A stretch of DNA of 64,000 nt from Eledone cirrhosa. Its lineage: Eukaryota. The notes beneath the pieces are model-generated. The model was not told the DNA's origin, did no database searches, and was given only the letters and a program-made list of their open reading frames with translations. Location: positions 335,172,001 through 335,236,000 of the forward strand of contig OZ024742.1 in the NCBI GenBank assembly GCA_964016885.1, in the 5' to 3' direction. The position numbers were made by a program, and so were the translations under genes. This document shows positions 26,292-38,706 of this stretch, piece after piece; within the stretch, counting starts at the first letter, position 1, and each line of letters opens with the position of its first letter.

Positions 26292-29200
26292 CTATAGTCT
26301 GATGTAGAGTGAAGGCCCATTCACACGGGCCATTCTCGCCACTTTCACCCATCTTTCATAGAAACGGCTGGGGTGCAGCACCTCTCTCTCCATCCTGATC
26401 CTTCTTCCGAAATGATATCGGAAGAAACGGACCAGTTGTTGGCCAGAGAGAAAGGTGCCTGACCTCAGTCCTTTCAGACGCGTCCACCATACAACCTCTT
26501 TCGCCATGGCTATTACGCACAGAAACACCGCCTCTGCTTCATCTTTGAAGGGGGGAGGCGGCTTGATCATTACAATAGACTCGGTGGTCAACCGGATCGG
26601 TTCCACCCTTGACAGCAGTTGTTCGACATAGCCCCACAGATCGGCTACGCCCGAGCAGTGTACCAATGCGTGTGCAACGGTTTCCTCGTCGCACACGCAT
26701 CTGGGACAGATCTTTTTGGCGGGGTCCCTACCCGGGCGCCCGTGTCTGTAGAGCCTTTCTCGAACGGGTAAAGCCCCTCGGTAGCACTGCCAGGCCAGGG
26801 ACTTCTGGAAGTTGTCCATAGGTCCCGGGCTGAATGTCCTACCGAACAGGCTGGCCAGTTCGTCCTCCTCCATGTCTAGGGCTTCTCCGAGGGCGTCGTC
26901 GCACCTGCTGCGTACCAGCCCTCTATAGAATGTTGCGGTGGAGTCTCCACTGATAACCGGATCCGCCTGCCAGAGGGCGGTGAGCGCCTGGGCACACTCA
27001 GTGTGCCAGGCGCCCAGTTTTCTCGGTCTTTGCTTGACCCAGGATTGCAGCTCGGTGAGTGAGACGAGTCTGGGAAAGGTTCGCCTCACAAACGAGGCCC
27101 ACACCGGTTGTCCGGTGAGGAATACGTAGAGGTGCCGTAGCCTTAATGCGTGTTTACGCATCATTAGCCACGGCATCCCCAGCCCTCCTTTCGAAGGGTG
27201 TTGACAGCAGATGGATCTCCTCACCATAGGAGCCCGCCTCTTCCAAAGGAATTGGAAGAGCGCGCGCTCCATCTTGGTGAGGGTTTCCCTTGGGCAGGGC
27301 ACTACGGTCAGGCGGTAGTAGATGACGGACGCTATGTAGGTGTTCGCCACCTCCGCCCGACCTTTCAGGGATAGTTTGCAACTGGCCCACTTCTGGGTCA
27401 GTGCAAACACCCTGTTCGTAACCTCCGCCCAGTTTTTCTCCACCTGGAGGTCCGGTCCGAACCAGACCCCGAGCAACTTCACCGGGCCCTCCGTCCAGCG
27501 TCCGACGACGCCATCGGAGGGCATCGGTCTGCCCCTCCACGTGCCGAGTTGCAAACCGATCGACTTGTCCCGGTTCAGCTTAGCCCCTGTGAACTTTTCG
27601 TACTCCTCCAGTAAGGTGCCGACCGCCTCGATTTCGGAGGCCGTCGACACCATTACTGTCACGTCATCGGCGTAGGCCGACACCGCTTTCCGCAATCCCG
27701 GTTCCAAAGGGATGCCCTGCAACAACTCCAACTTCCGCAGTAGTGGCTCGAGAGTCAACACATACAGAAGGGAGGAGAGAGGGCACCCCTGTCGGATGGA
27801 CCGCGCGATTTTGAACGGCTCCGAGAGGTAGCCGTTCACCTTGACCCTAGAGCAGATGCGGCTGCTGTGCATAGCAGTGATCCAGCCCCTGAAAACGGGT
27901 CCGAAGCCTGCCGCCGCTAGCACCGCATCCAGGTAACCATGGTCGACCCTATCGAACGCCTTAGATTGATCCAAGTTGATCAGAGCCCCACCAAAGCCGG
28001 GTTCGTTCCCAACCCTCTCTATGATGTATCGCATGAGGTGGAGGTTGTCATGGATGGACCTGGACGGGATAGCGCATGTCTGCGCATCTCCCACCAGGTT
28101 GCCCACGACAAGCGCCAACCTCTTTGCTAGCACCTTGGCCAAAATCTGTAACTCTGTATTTAGCAGAGTTATGGGCCTGAAGTTACTTATTTCGTCCCCC
28201 TTGTTCTCGTCCTTCCTCACTAGCGTGACTACGCCCTTGGTCACAGTACAGGGAATTCTCCCATTCTGTTGCCAGTTGCAGTAGACCGCCTCGAGGAGAT
28301 CGGGGAACAAGTCCGGCATAGCTAGATATAATTCGTAAGGAAGACCATCGAGACCCGGGGATTTGCGTTTGCCGCATTGGCTCAGCACGTCCTCTATCTC
28401 AGCGGCCGAAATCGGCTCCTCGCAGGACTTCGCCTCCCTGTCCGAGAGGCGCGGCAGGCCGTCGAGGTATGGACCGAAGTCCACGTTCCCAACCGGCTCC
28501 CCGCCCCTCCCGAACAGTCGGGCAAAGTGCCTTTGAAAGGCCTCACACATCTGCTTAGGCCCAAGAATCGCCCGTCCATCCAGGTCTCGCAAAGACCGGA
28601 TGGTGGATTTAGTTCCACTGTTGGCCTCTGTCACGCGGGCCCAGCTAACAGCTTTGGTCCCCTCGTTCCCTAGAGCACGTATTTTACTTCGGACAACGCA
28701 GCCTTCGTGCTTCGCGTCGAAAAACTGGCTCAAAGCCGTTCTCGACGCTAGCACTCTGGCCACGTCGCCGCTTCTAATTGCCTCTTCTACTCTATCTATT
28801 AGCTCCCTTTCCTTCCTATTCCTATCCGCAGCTAGAACCTTACTAAATTCTATCGAGACTACTCTAATCTCTCTCTTTAGAGATACCCACCACCTGCTGT
28901 TGACGATCGCTCCAGTCAACCGTTCCTTAACTAACGTACTAATCCGATTCCTGTAGGCTCTACTTGCCGGCAAGGACAAGTTGAGCTTCCAGTAACCGGG
29001 GCCCTGTCTATGAGTTCTGTCAAGGTTGACCATGCAGGTCACTAATTTGTGGTCTGAATAGCCAACCATGCGCATTTTTGGACAACTTAAAAAGTCCTTA
29101 TCCTTAATTCTAACTAAGAACCTATCTAGGTACGACCTAGATGATCCGCTACGATTTGCCCAAGTCCAGGTTGGCGCAGTCGGAAAATCTAGTCGATATC

Positions 29201-29729
29201 TATCGGCCAGGTCAAATCGACCGATTAACCCTTTGAGGCTATTACACCCCTCTCTATCGGGGCAGGCCCCTACGTAGTCCCAGCGTGCATCTAGGATACC
29301 ATTCCAGTCCCCCACTAATAGCAAGGAGCGGGACGTCCCCAGAAAAGTCTCCAGACGATGGAAGAAGTCCGGCCGCATTGACCCGAAAGGGCCGTAGGCG
29401 GCTACCAACCTAAACGCTCCGCCTTTACCACTGCCAAGGTCCAGAACCACTAGTCGACCCTCCGGGTCCAAATGTACCATCTGTGTTGCGAGACCCAGAT
29501 GTTTTTGCAGCAGAACGACAACTCCACCCCCACCTCCGGGCTGACAGAGAGATGCGTGCATCTCAAAGTCATCAAAGGTGGGGGCCAGCTGTCGCACGTT
29601 GCTGATCCGGGCCTCGCAAATAACCATCACATCTATACGTTGTGACCTGAGGTCATTTAGAAGCATTGCTTGCTTCCAAGTTGAGCCCAGGCCACGCGCA
29701 TTTAAACAGCCTACTCTTAGCATAGCCAT
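26292..29729 (-). CDS. ORF2: APE endonuclease - reverse transcriptase - C-terminal Zn finger
   Basis: LNARGL, GDWN, YLDR, SDH (APE); SPGLDGLP, NFRPITLLN, DQSKAFDRV, RQGCPLS, YADD (RT); KGGLG; CPRC..ETVAHALVHC; first ATG at 29729. Confidence 0.96.
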   Translation of the reverse strand: MAMLRVGCLNARGLGSTWKQAMLLNDLRSQRIDVMVICEARISNVRQLAPTFDDFEMHASLCQPGGGGGVVVLLQKHLGLATQMVHLDPEGRLVVLDLGSGKGGAFRLVAAYGPFGSMRPDFFHRLETFLGTSRSLLLVGDWNGILDARWDYVGACPDREGCNSLKGLIGRFDLADRYRLDFPTAPTWTWANRSGSSRSYLDRFLVRIKDKDFLSCPKMRMVGYSDHKLVTCMVNLDRTHRQGPGYWKLNLSLPASRAYRNRISTLVKERLTGAIVNSRWWVSLKREIRVVSIEFSKVLAADRNRKERELIDRVEEAIRSGDVARVLASRTALSQFFDAKHEGCVVRSKIRALGNEGTKAVSWARVTEANSGTKSTIRSLRDLDGRAILGPKQMCEAFQRHFARLFGRGGEPVGNVDFGPYLDGLPRLSDREAKSCEEPISAAEIEDVLSQCGKRKSPGLDGLPYELYLAMPDLFPDLLEAVYCNWQQNGRIPCTVTKGVVTLVRKDENKGDEISNFRPITLLNTELQILAKVLAKRLALVVGNLVGDAQTCAIPSRSIHDNLHLMRYIIERVGNEPGFGGALINLDQSKAFDRVDHGYLDAVLAAAGFGPVFRGWITAMHSSRICSRVKVNGYLSEPFKIARSIRQGCPLSSLLYVLTLEPLLRKLELLQGIPLEPGLRKAVSAYADDVTVMVSTASEIEAVGTLLEEYEKFTGAKLNRDKSIGLQLGTWRGRPMPSDGVVGRWTEGPVKLLGVWFGPDLQVEKNWAEVTNRVFALTQKWASCKLSLKGRAEVANTYIASVIYYRLTVVPCPRETLTKMERALFQFLWKRRAPMVRRSICCQHPSKGGLGMPWLMMRKHALRLRHLYVFLTGQPVWASFVRRTFPRLVSLTELQSWVKQRPRKLGAWHTECAQALTALWQADPVISGDSTATFYRGLVRSRCDDALGEALDMEEDELASLFGRTFSPGPMDNFQKSLAWQCYRGALPVRERLYRHGRPGRDPAKKICPRCVCDEETVAHALVHCSGVADLWGYVEQLLSRVEPIRLTTESIVMIKPPPPFKDEAEAVFLCVIAMAKEVVWWTRLKGLRSGTFLSGQQLVRFFRYHFGRRIRMEREVLHPSRFYERWVKVARMARVNGPSLYIRL

Positions 29730-29753
29730 GTTGGTGGTGAAGAGAAAAGGCAC

Positions 29754-31547
29754 TTACCTCTCTGCGTCCCGGGTATCGGGCTGCACAATTTCCATTAGGG
29801 TGGGGGATGGGTTGTTGGGTGGGGTGGTGGTTTGTGGAAGTGTGGGGGCATCAGTGTGTTGTGTGGTTGGGGAGCTTGGAGTTGTGTGGGTGTTTGGGGA
29901 GGGGGTGGGATAGTTTTTTAGGAGGACGCGGTTAATGGGCCCGACGCAGGGGGGACCCACGTCCTCTTTAAAATTGTTTTTTAAAGTTTTATAGGTGTCC
30001 TGTGGGGCCTTAATCATTTTGAGGTGGGGGAAATCCCCTGCCTGGGTGAAGTTAGGCCCTTGTGTTTTTATTAGATTGTTGTTGTACACAATGTTTAACA
30101 GTTTTTTGTTTCTTGTATTTATGTATGTGTATGCATGTTTTTGTTTTTGTGTGGTGTTTTTTGTTTGCTGTTGTGAGCTCTTTTGTGTTGGTGTCAGTGT
30201 CATGTTTTGGGGAGGGGTTTTTTTCATTTGTGTGTCTGAGGTGTGTTTTCTTTTTTTTCTTTTGATTGTGTGGAAGTGCTCCTCCTCGTCTGACGACGAA
30301 CTAGGGTCATCTTCCGCGTTGGAGGGGAGGGGTATATTTTCGGGTTGTGTTTGCGGTACGGGTGTTTTGGAAATTGTTTTTGTTTTTTGAGTGGAGGGGA
30401 TGGGTTGGACATTGTTTTGTTTTGGTTTGAGCTGTGGTGGTTGTTTTTGTAGTGGTAGTTGTGGTGATTGTGTTGGTTGTGCAGTTGTTGGTGGTGTAGG
30501 CAGGATTGGGGTTTTCTTATTAAGTTGGGGACAGACAGCCCTCAGGTGACCTCTGGTTCCGCAGAGGTAACACGAGGGCCGTCTACCCTCAACGGTAATG
30601 TTGATGAAGGTTAGATCATCCAGTATGACGCGTTCAGGGATCTGGGCGATCCTTTCGGGCCTCATTTGAACTACAAGTTCGAGGCTCGTTCCACTGAACG
30701 CGTCACCCGATGCCTTTCCCATAGACACCAGCATGTCATCCTCCAGGTCCAGAAAACCTGTCAAAACCCACCATATGTCCATAATCGGCAGGATGGTGTG
30801 GATTTTTATTTTTTGTGTTCTTCTACCCATGTACGTAGGGTAGAAGGTGTATGCGGTGGATGTGATTGGTTTGATGGACAGTTTCACTGCTGTGTCCCTG
30901 TCCTTCATGAGAATGGATAGACTCCCGTAGAGTCTATCCTTCTGAATGAAGGTGATGTCCTTCATGACGTCTTTTAAAACCAGCTCTATCTCGCTCTGTG
31001 ATGGTTGAGCTGGTTTTTTACTTTTGTTCGAGATTGTCCTAAACATGACCGTGTTTAGGAGTCTCTGGCTTTTTAGTTCCGGGGGGGAATGGATTGTGAA
31101 TGAACCATTTTCCCCGTACACTATATATTTTTTCGCATCCGCCAGTAGCTCCTTCGCTTTTGTTATATCTACTGGCAGATAGTCGAGGGTTTTCCTTGTC
31201 GTCTCGGCGAAGGAGAAATTTTGTTTGTTTGTGTTGTTGTTGTTGTCGTTGGTGGTGTTGTTGTTATCATTGTTGTTGTTGTCACCGTTATTGGTCTTGT
31301 TGTTGTTGTTATTGTTATTGTTATTGGTGTTGTTTTCGTCCGTCGCATTGTTGTTGTTGTTGCTGTTGCTGCTGATTCTTTGGGGTGTTGCCATGGCAAC
31401 GTCAAGTTGTCGGTTAACAGGTGAAGAGAATTCTTCCTCTGGCTGACCTTTCTTCTTGACCTCTGCTACTGTGACAGTGGCAGGGGGAAGCTGTAAGTTC
31501 ATCTTTCCCTTTCCTCCTTCGAATTTTGGTGAAGAAGCTTCGGCCAT
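29754..31547 (-). CDS. ORF1 gag-like nucleic-acid chaperone with CCHC zinc knuckle
   Basis: CYLCGTRGHLRAVC knuckle, position upstream of ORF2, low-complexity N/P/Q linkers. Confidence 0.9.
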   Translation of the reverse strand: MAEASSPKFEGGKGKMNLQLPPATVTVAEVKKKGQPEEEFSSPVNRQLDVAMATPQRISSNSNNNNNATDENNTNNNNNNNNNKTNNGDNNNNDNNNTTNDNNNNTNKQNFSFAETTRKTLDYLPVDITKAKELLADAKKYIVYGENGSFTIHSPPELKSQRLLNTVMFRTISNKSKKPAQPSQSEIELVLKDVMKDITFIQKDRLYGSLSILMKDRDTAVKLSIKPITSTAYTFYPTYMGRRTQKIKIHTILPIMDIWWVLTGFLDLEDDMLVSMGKASGDAFSGTSLELVVQMRPERIAQIPERVILDDLTFINITVEGRRPSCYLCGTRGHLRAVCPQLNKKTPILPTPPTTAQPTQSPQLPLQKQPPQLKPKQNNVQPIPSTQKTKTISKTPVPQTQPENIPLPSNAEDDPSSSSDEEEHFHTIKRKKRKHTSDTQMKKTPPQNMTLTPTQKSSQQQTKNTTQKQKHAYTYINTRNKKLLNIVYNNNLIKTQGPNFTQAGDFPHLKMIKAPQDTYKTLKNNFKEDVGPPCVGPINRVLLKNYPTPSPNTHTTPSSPTTQHTDAPTLPQTTTPPNNPSPTLMEIVQPDTRDAER

Positions 31548-31566
31548 TTAAAAAAATATTGACTTT

Positions 31567-31603
<37 letters not shown>

Positions 31604-32399
31604 ATCTCTTTGGGCTTTTTAAATATTTTTTAAATGGTTGTTTGTTATAAATTTTGTTTTGAAAATAGTCAATTAAAGTTTTCGATTGATTCTTCAGTCA
31701 GAATTGGTGGAAGAGATATAATGAGTTTTATTGATATAAAATTATTTTTTCAAAAACTCCAGCAACCGCTTGACTGATTATTCATTATAATCAAGTCGAA
31801 CTTAGTTGTACTTTAGTTTGTCTCTATATAATAATTCTAATGCATAGCGAATAAGTTTAAGTGTTTGGCTGTGTTTTTTTATTTGCATTATTGGTGCTTT
31901 TCTTCTCATTTTTTTTTTTATTTTCATTTACATATTTTGTTTGAAATAAATTGAATGAATCAGACGATATATACCAGCGCCCGTCATTTTCATTGAAATA
32001 TTTTGATGTGTTGTTTTTTATATTTATTTTCGTTTTAGCACATTTGCTTCTCAATATATTTTGTCCTCCCTCGGTCATTATATTCCATGGGGAACACACG
32101 AGACACGAGAGTACTTTAGTGTTCACGTCCCCCGGTAGACACGAGACGTTGTATAATTTAAGAAGACGAACTTATTTATATTATAGGTGTTTATATATAT
32201 TGGCATTCTATGTTGACTCTGCACACACACTAAAGACAGTCATTTTTCTTGATACTAATTCTGTTCTTGCAAACCATGATATAAACTGATAGTAATTTAT
32301 TTTCAAATCTAATAATCTTCTTGTCATTTCTTCGAAGTAAGCACGTATAAAAGCTTTCCGCCTCTCGACATAGCTCTTTGAATATTAACTGAAGGTTTG

Positions 32400-33300
32400 A
32401 AGATCTCTGAAGCTGCATGACTGAAGTAGTAGAGAGCAAACAATGAAGATATCCATAACCTAGTTTGTTTCTGAACTTTCGCAGCTGTCTAGGTCAGCCC
32501 TCTAGCCTCAGCTTACCTAAGCAGTTTTTGATTGCACCGTTCTTGTTCTGGCACGGTTGAGTGCCTTCCATTGATCCCACAGTGTTTCTGAACTAGAAAA
32601 ATGGTCGCCAGAAAAGAGAATCTCCATGTCAGTTGGAGGAGGGTCCTTCTTAAGACTCGCCGTTCGACAATGGAGTCTGGTCTTTGCTTGAGATCTTGAT
32701 AGAAGCTGGACACCGGATGGAGAAGCTTCTATTTGATTTCTATTGTTGGATCTCGAGTTGATATCTATGGAGGAAGTAGTATTCATCATTTCAGCCATTG
32801 TCATCTTGACACGATTGGTAACTTTCCATCTGAAATTAACATGAGCAATACCTTTGAGGAGGGGTAGGTTATTTGTGTTGGCGGGTTTCCATCAACCAGT
32901 GGCTAGATGAAAGGTTGGTGTCCAGTACTGGGTCAAGGTTCTTCATATAGGTTAATCTCTCTAAAAAAAGTGAGTGTATCTTCTGCAGAGGAATAACAGA
33001 AGGCCAGAACAAAAGATCTAATGTGTGCACAGATAGCTAATACACAGAATCATAAATCAAGTCAGGTTGTAGGCCTGGAAATAGACGACGTTTGGATGTT
33101 TATACTTATATCAAAATAGTGGGTACTGTGCAGTAGCACTCACATCCTCTGACTATATGTAATCCTTATACAGGTTCTTCCACTGCAGTGTCACTACTCC
33201 CTGGCTCACATGTCTAAGAATGACCTTAATTTACTGCCAGATACAATGAACAGATTCCAGGACAGTATTGTGGGGAACTTGTCTGGCCTGTGACAGTAAA
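32400..33300 (-). pseudogene. Degenerate LINE C-terminal relic, probably Vingi/Ingi-like
   Basis: IRSFVLAFCYSSAE and W-ALNRART followed by a decayed Cys motif; many stops; clade recalled, not searched. Confidence 0.5.
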
Positions 33301-34069
33301 GTTTGAAGAATAGACCACCCTGAGATGGCGATTTATCTATACCCACAGTCGCCAAACATCTTCCGCAACTTCATCTGCTGGAATTGGGCTTTTCGCAACA
33401 TTCCCGAACACTGGGTGTTATGAGCCCGCATTCGCAGCTGACCTATGACATTTGTATCGGTTGACCAAACTATTTTCCACTTTTTTAGCTATGAATCTCC
33501 AACCAGCCACCCATCTATAGTTCCAAATATTCCACACTCTCCATCCCAGCAAAGATAAAGTATTACTATAGTCTGAGTTTAAAAATGAAACAAAGCATAT
33601 GTTGGCAATATCTACCATCAAAGAAGGGTCTTCGTGAAGTAGATTGAAGAACACACTAGAACATTCTAATACTTGGAATCCTCGCTAAGTATTCATTGAA
33701 CATATGGTCTGAAATATATTGTGCGTCTTATGTTAGATCTTTGGCAGCATCGACGAAATCAAGGCGGTACTCCAGCTTTGCTGCAGACTAGTGACTGAAA
33801 ACAGTAAAAAGTAAGAAACCACCAAGCCAAAAAATAACTATGTACTCACACTATCAGAAATACTGTATATAGAGAAGTATTTCTACTATGTATATATTTA
33901 CAAACAGAAAGAGAAAACAAGGGAAAGGAGGAGAAAGAAAAGAAAAGAGGAGAAATAGCAAATAGCGTGGGAGTAAACTCTACACACAACAATACCAGAA
34001 CAAACACTACCACCAAGAACAACAACATTAACACCACCAGCAGTACCACCACCAATACTACCTTCTGAA

Positions 34070-34600
34070 ACACCTCAGCTATGCCCTGTGGTGAGGATGG
34101 TGAAAGGCTGCCGGCAGAGAACAACCAGTGATACGATCTGCATCTACCATTTCTAGTCAACATTTGCTTCTTTGTGGCAGACGGGGTGACTGAGGACTGC
34201 AGAAGTTTCCATGGCGGTGGACACGAAAAGGAAACGGTCAGTCAATGTTTGGTAGTGTAAACAAATTTTTCTCAATTGATGAACACATCAGTGGTCATGA
34301 AAACGGAAAAGGAGGGGAAAGGTGAGGGATCTAGAATGGGAGGGAGAAGGGGAGGGTGATGGGCTTTAGGCCTATGGTGTGGAGGTATTGGAGCTGCACC
34401 CCGCGGACAAGACCACAAAAGCATTTCCGCGGACAATGGAGTGCAACAGCCACCTCAGCCGGGCTCCTTCTTCAGACGGGCTACTGACGTTCCAATCTTG
34501 CGGAAGAGCTCGGCAGTACGGGGTCCAGGTACGCCTAAGGTCGCGAAAGCGACCGCTACGAAGAGGAGGCGGCCAGCCAATCCAGTTATTCAACTTCCAC
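34070..34600 (-). pseudogene. Two CRE-clade RLE 3' fragments
   Basis: YQTLTDRFLFVSTAMETSAVL (~34190-34260) parallels YWSLSDRFAVVPLAVETSDVL at 3.8 kb; LRWLLHSIVRGNAF-VL (~34400-34460). Confidence 0.65.
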
Positions 34601-35030
34601 TTTTACAAGCAATATCGGGGTGGAGAAAAACGAAGGTTTCGATAGCATTCTCTACAAAACAGTCGGTCAAGGCCTTGTATTAATTACCTTTCGCTTCACT
34701 GCGATGAGGGCGATGGCGCCTGTGCTTGTGGCCGAAGCGATATATATGGTGAAAAACTTATTAGAAAGAGAGAGAGACCATATGCTGGGGCATATATATA
34801 TTTATATTCTTTATTAATCCGGATATGTTTTGGCACATTTTCATACATATTATCTATATATACATTATGTGTGTGTATATATACATATTATGTGTGTGTA
34901 TATATATATATATATATATACATATGTATTAAATATATATCCACCTACACATATGAACAAACATATATAATAATATACTCATATGCACACATCAATAATC
35001 TTCATTTTTTTTAAAATGTATATAAGTTTA

Positions 35031-35190
<160 letters not shown>

Positions 35191-35376
35191 GCATATATAT
35201 ATATACATATATATGCATATATATATATATATGCATATATATATATATATACATATATATGCATATATATATATATATGTGCATAAATTTATTCATACGT
35301 TCATGTATATTCAATTATAATGTAAATATATATATATAAAAAAAACACAAACACCCCACCACACACATACATACTA

Positions 35377-35436
<60 letters not shown>

Positions 35437-35498
35437 TGCGTGTGTGTGTGTATACTACGTACATCGATACACTATTATACGGAATGTTGTGTGTATAA

Positions 35499-35575
<77 letters not shown>

Positions 35576-35714
35576 TTATATATGCACGTGTGAATGTATA
35601 TATGAGAGATTATACTAGAGTCCCATTGTCTGCGGTTTATATACACATCGCTGGAAATATATCTTTTTGGAACAACATTAATAGCAATAAATATTGACAC
35701 TACCACCACCACCG

Positions 35715-35765
<51 letters not shown>

Positions 35766-36026
35766 TAACCACCACTACTATCACTAACCCCATTGCCCCC
35801 TCCAATACCACCACTACTATTATTATTACTAGTACCTTGAACATCACTATTATCACTTTTACTACTAACTACCATCCACCATCACCACCACCATTATTAC
35901 TTCTGCTACCACTAACACTACTACTATTACTAGTACCTTGAACATCACAACTATTACTACTACCACCACCATTATTACTACCACTAGTAACAATACTATT
36001 ACCACCACTACTACTACTACTAACAT

Positions 36027-37086
36027 TAATAGTACCAGTCCTATTACTAATAGTACCAGTCCTATCACTAATAGTACCAGTCCTATTACTAATAGTACCA
36101 GTCCTATCACTAATAGTACCAGTCCTATTCCTAATAGTACTAGTCCTATCACTAATAGTACCAGTCCTATCACTAATAGTACCAGTCCTATCACTAATAG
36201 TACCAGTCCTATTACTAATAGTACCAGTCCTATCACTAATAGTACCAGTCCTATTCCTAATAGTACTAGTCCTATCACTAATAGTACCAGTCCTATCACT
36301 AATAGTTCCAGTCCTATCATTAATAGTATCTGTCCTATTACTAATAGTACCAGTCCTATCACTAATAGTACCAGTCCTATCACTAATAGTACTAGTCCTA
36401 TCACTAATAGTACTAGTCCTATCACTAATAGTACCAGTCCTATCACTAATAGTACCAGTCCTATCACTAATAGTACTAGTCCTATCACTAATAGTACTAG
36501 TCCTATCACTAATAGTACCAGTCCTATCACTAATAGTACTAGTCCTATCACTAATAGTACTAGTCCTATCACTAATAGTACCAGTCCTATCACTAATAGT
36601 ACTAGTCCTATCACTAATAGTACCAGTCCTATCACTAATAGTACTAGTCCTATCACTAATAGTACCAGTCCTATCACTAATAGTACCAGTCCTATCACTA
36701 ATAGTACTAGTCCTATCACTAATAGTACCAGTCCTATCACTAATAGTACCAGTCCTATCACTAATAGTACCAGTCCTATCACTAATAGTACTAGTCCTAT
36801 CACTAATAGTACTAGTCCTATCACTAATAGTACCAGTCCTATCACTAATAGTACCAGTCCTATCACTAATAGTACTAGTCCTATCACTAATAGTACTAGT
36901 CCTATCACTAATAGTACCAGTCCTATCACTAATAGTACCAGTCCTATCACTAATAGTACTAGTCCTATCACTAATAGTACTAGTCCTATCACTAATAGTA
37001 CCAGTCCTATCACTAATAGTACCAGTCCTATCACTAATAGTACCAGTCCTATCACTAATAGTACCAGTCCTATCACTAATAGTACT
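36027..37086. repeat. 21-bp minisatellite (TAATAGTACYAGTCCTATCAC) x ~50
   Basis: Direct reading; C/T variant units interspersed. Confidence 0.97.
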
Positions 37087-37213
37087 AACATTTAACACTG
37101 TTAACAACATCACACGAACCAGCACCACAACAACCAACACTATCACTACTAGCATTACCACAACCAAAGCAACAACAACCAATAGTCCACTACCAACACT
37201 ATAACACGCACAC

Positions 37214-37244
<31 letters not shown>

Positions 37245-37455
37245 CGTGTGTATATGTATGTATACGTGTGTATATGTATGTATACGTGTGTATACTATGT
37301 AAACGTGTATGTCTCTTCTTTGAACGCAGCAATAACTCGATAGTCGAAATATTTGCTTCGTAATCTCCGATTCGATCTTGAATAAGTCAGAGACCACGGA
37401 GCTGTTTTGAAGTGTGCGTCAATATGTCTAATAAAACAAACCACGCATACACACA

Positions 37456-37546
<91 letters not shown>

Positions 37547-37580
37547 TGTGTGTGTAAATGTATATGTATATATATATATG

Positions 37581-37611
<31 letters not shown>

Positions 37612-37645
37612 GTATTTATATATATATATATATATACATATATAC

Positions 37646-37700
<55 letters not shown>

Positions 37701-37701
37701 A

Positions 37702-37841
<140 letters not shown>

Positions 37842-37904
37842 ATATGCAGAGGTTATATTTAATTTGTTGGGATTCAACAAGCTTAAAAGTGTTATATATA
37901 TATG

Positions 37905-37942
<38 letters not shown>

Positions 37943-38360
37943 CTGACCTCTTCCTCGCACTTCCACTCACTCACTCTCTGTTTCTCCCCTTCTCACTTCC
38001 TCCCTTTTCGTTGGTAGTGGGGTCCTTTCTTGCTCACATCTCACTCACGTCGGACGGTCTGTATTCTGAACGCTCATGAAATTCACCCGGCTTATGCTGA
38101 CCGGATAACCATGTGCTTGTTTTTTTCCTATCTTCGGTTTGCTTTTATCCTTCTATGTTGTTTACTTGTCTCACTCGCTTTACGCGACTCACTTGTCCCA
38201 ATAGCATTTTTTAGTCATTGCTCGCACCAACCTGGGGTATATGATTTTTAATGCGATGAAATACCAATGATGGTTGGCAAATCACTGACGAGGGACTAAT
38301 TTTATAATATGTAACCCATGTGCAACCACGCAGTATTCCTCTTTCTTCTCATGTTTTATA

Positions 38361-38434
<74 letters not shown>

Positions 38435-38446
38435 GAGAGAGAAAGA

Positions 38447-38518
<72 letters not shown>

Positions 38519-38523
<5 letters not shown>

Positions 38524-38706
38524 GGCTTCTACAGGACTGGAACTGTTTCCTTCGAGAGAAATCATCAGGAAAGGGTTTTCCTGAATATTTCTTTCGAATA
38601 AAACAGCTCGAGCCGTGTAGAAGCCATTTCTATATTAAATTATACTCAACTAATATATTGAGTACTTCACTTACGGTGCATACCTCAGGTTGAACCCGGG
38701 ACTCAC
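38519..38706. mobile_element. Inverted pair of PLE termini (hairpin 38519-38630) ending in (TA)n
   Basis: Imperfect palindrome; tail ATTGAGTAC...AACCCGG shared with ~39825-39870. Confidence 0.72.
38526..38572 (-). ncRNA. Type I hammerhead ribozyme
   Basis: TTTC-CTGATGA-TTTC-TCTC-GAAG-GAAA-CAG-loop-CTG-TA-GAAG. Confidence 0.72.

Larger units (their letters stand above)
26028..31566 (-). mobile_element. Apparently full-length L1/Tx1-clade non-LTR retrotransposon flanked by (GATA)n
   Basis: Two uninterrupted ORFs; AATAAA at 26040-26035 followed by (TATC)n; (TCTA)n ~20 nt upstream of the ORF1 ATG. Confidence 0.95.

Noticed and set aside
26609-31446. Short antisense or overlapping ORFs inside the Tx1 element
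   Set aside because: Expected shadows of GC-rich coding sequence; no independent support
35865-37332. Mucin-like (TNSTSPI)n and other heptad-repeat ORFs
   Set aside because: A 21-bp unit open in three frames; no unique coding flanks or signal peptide
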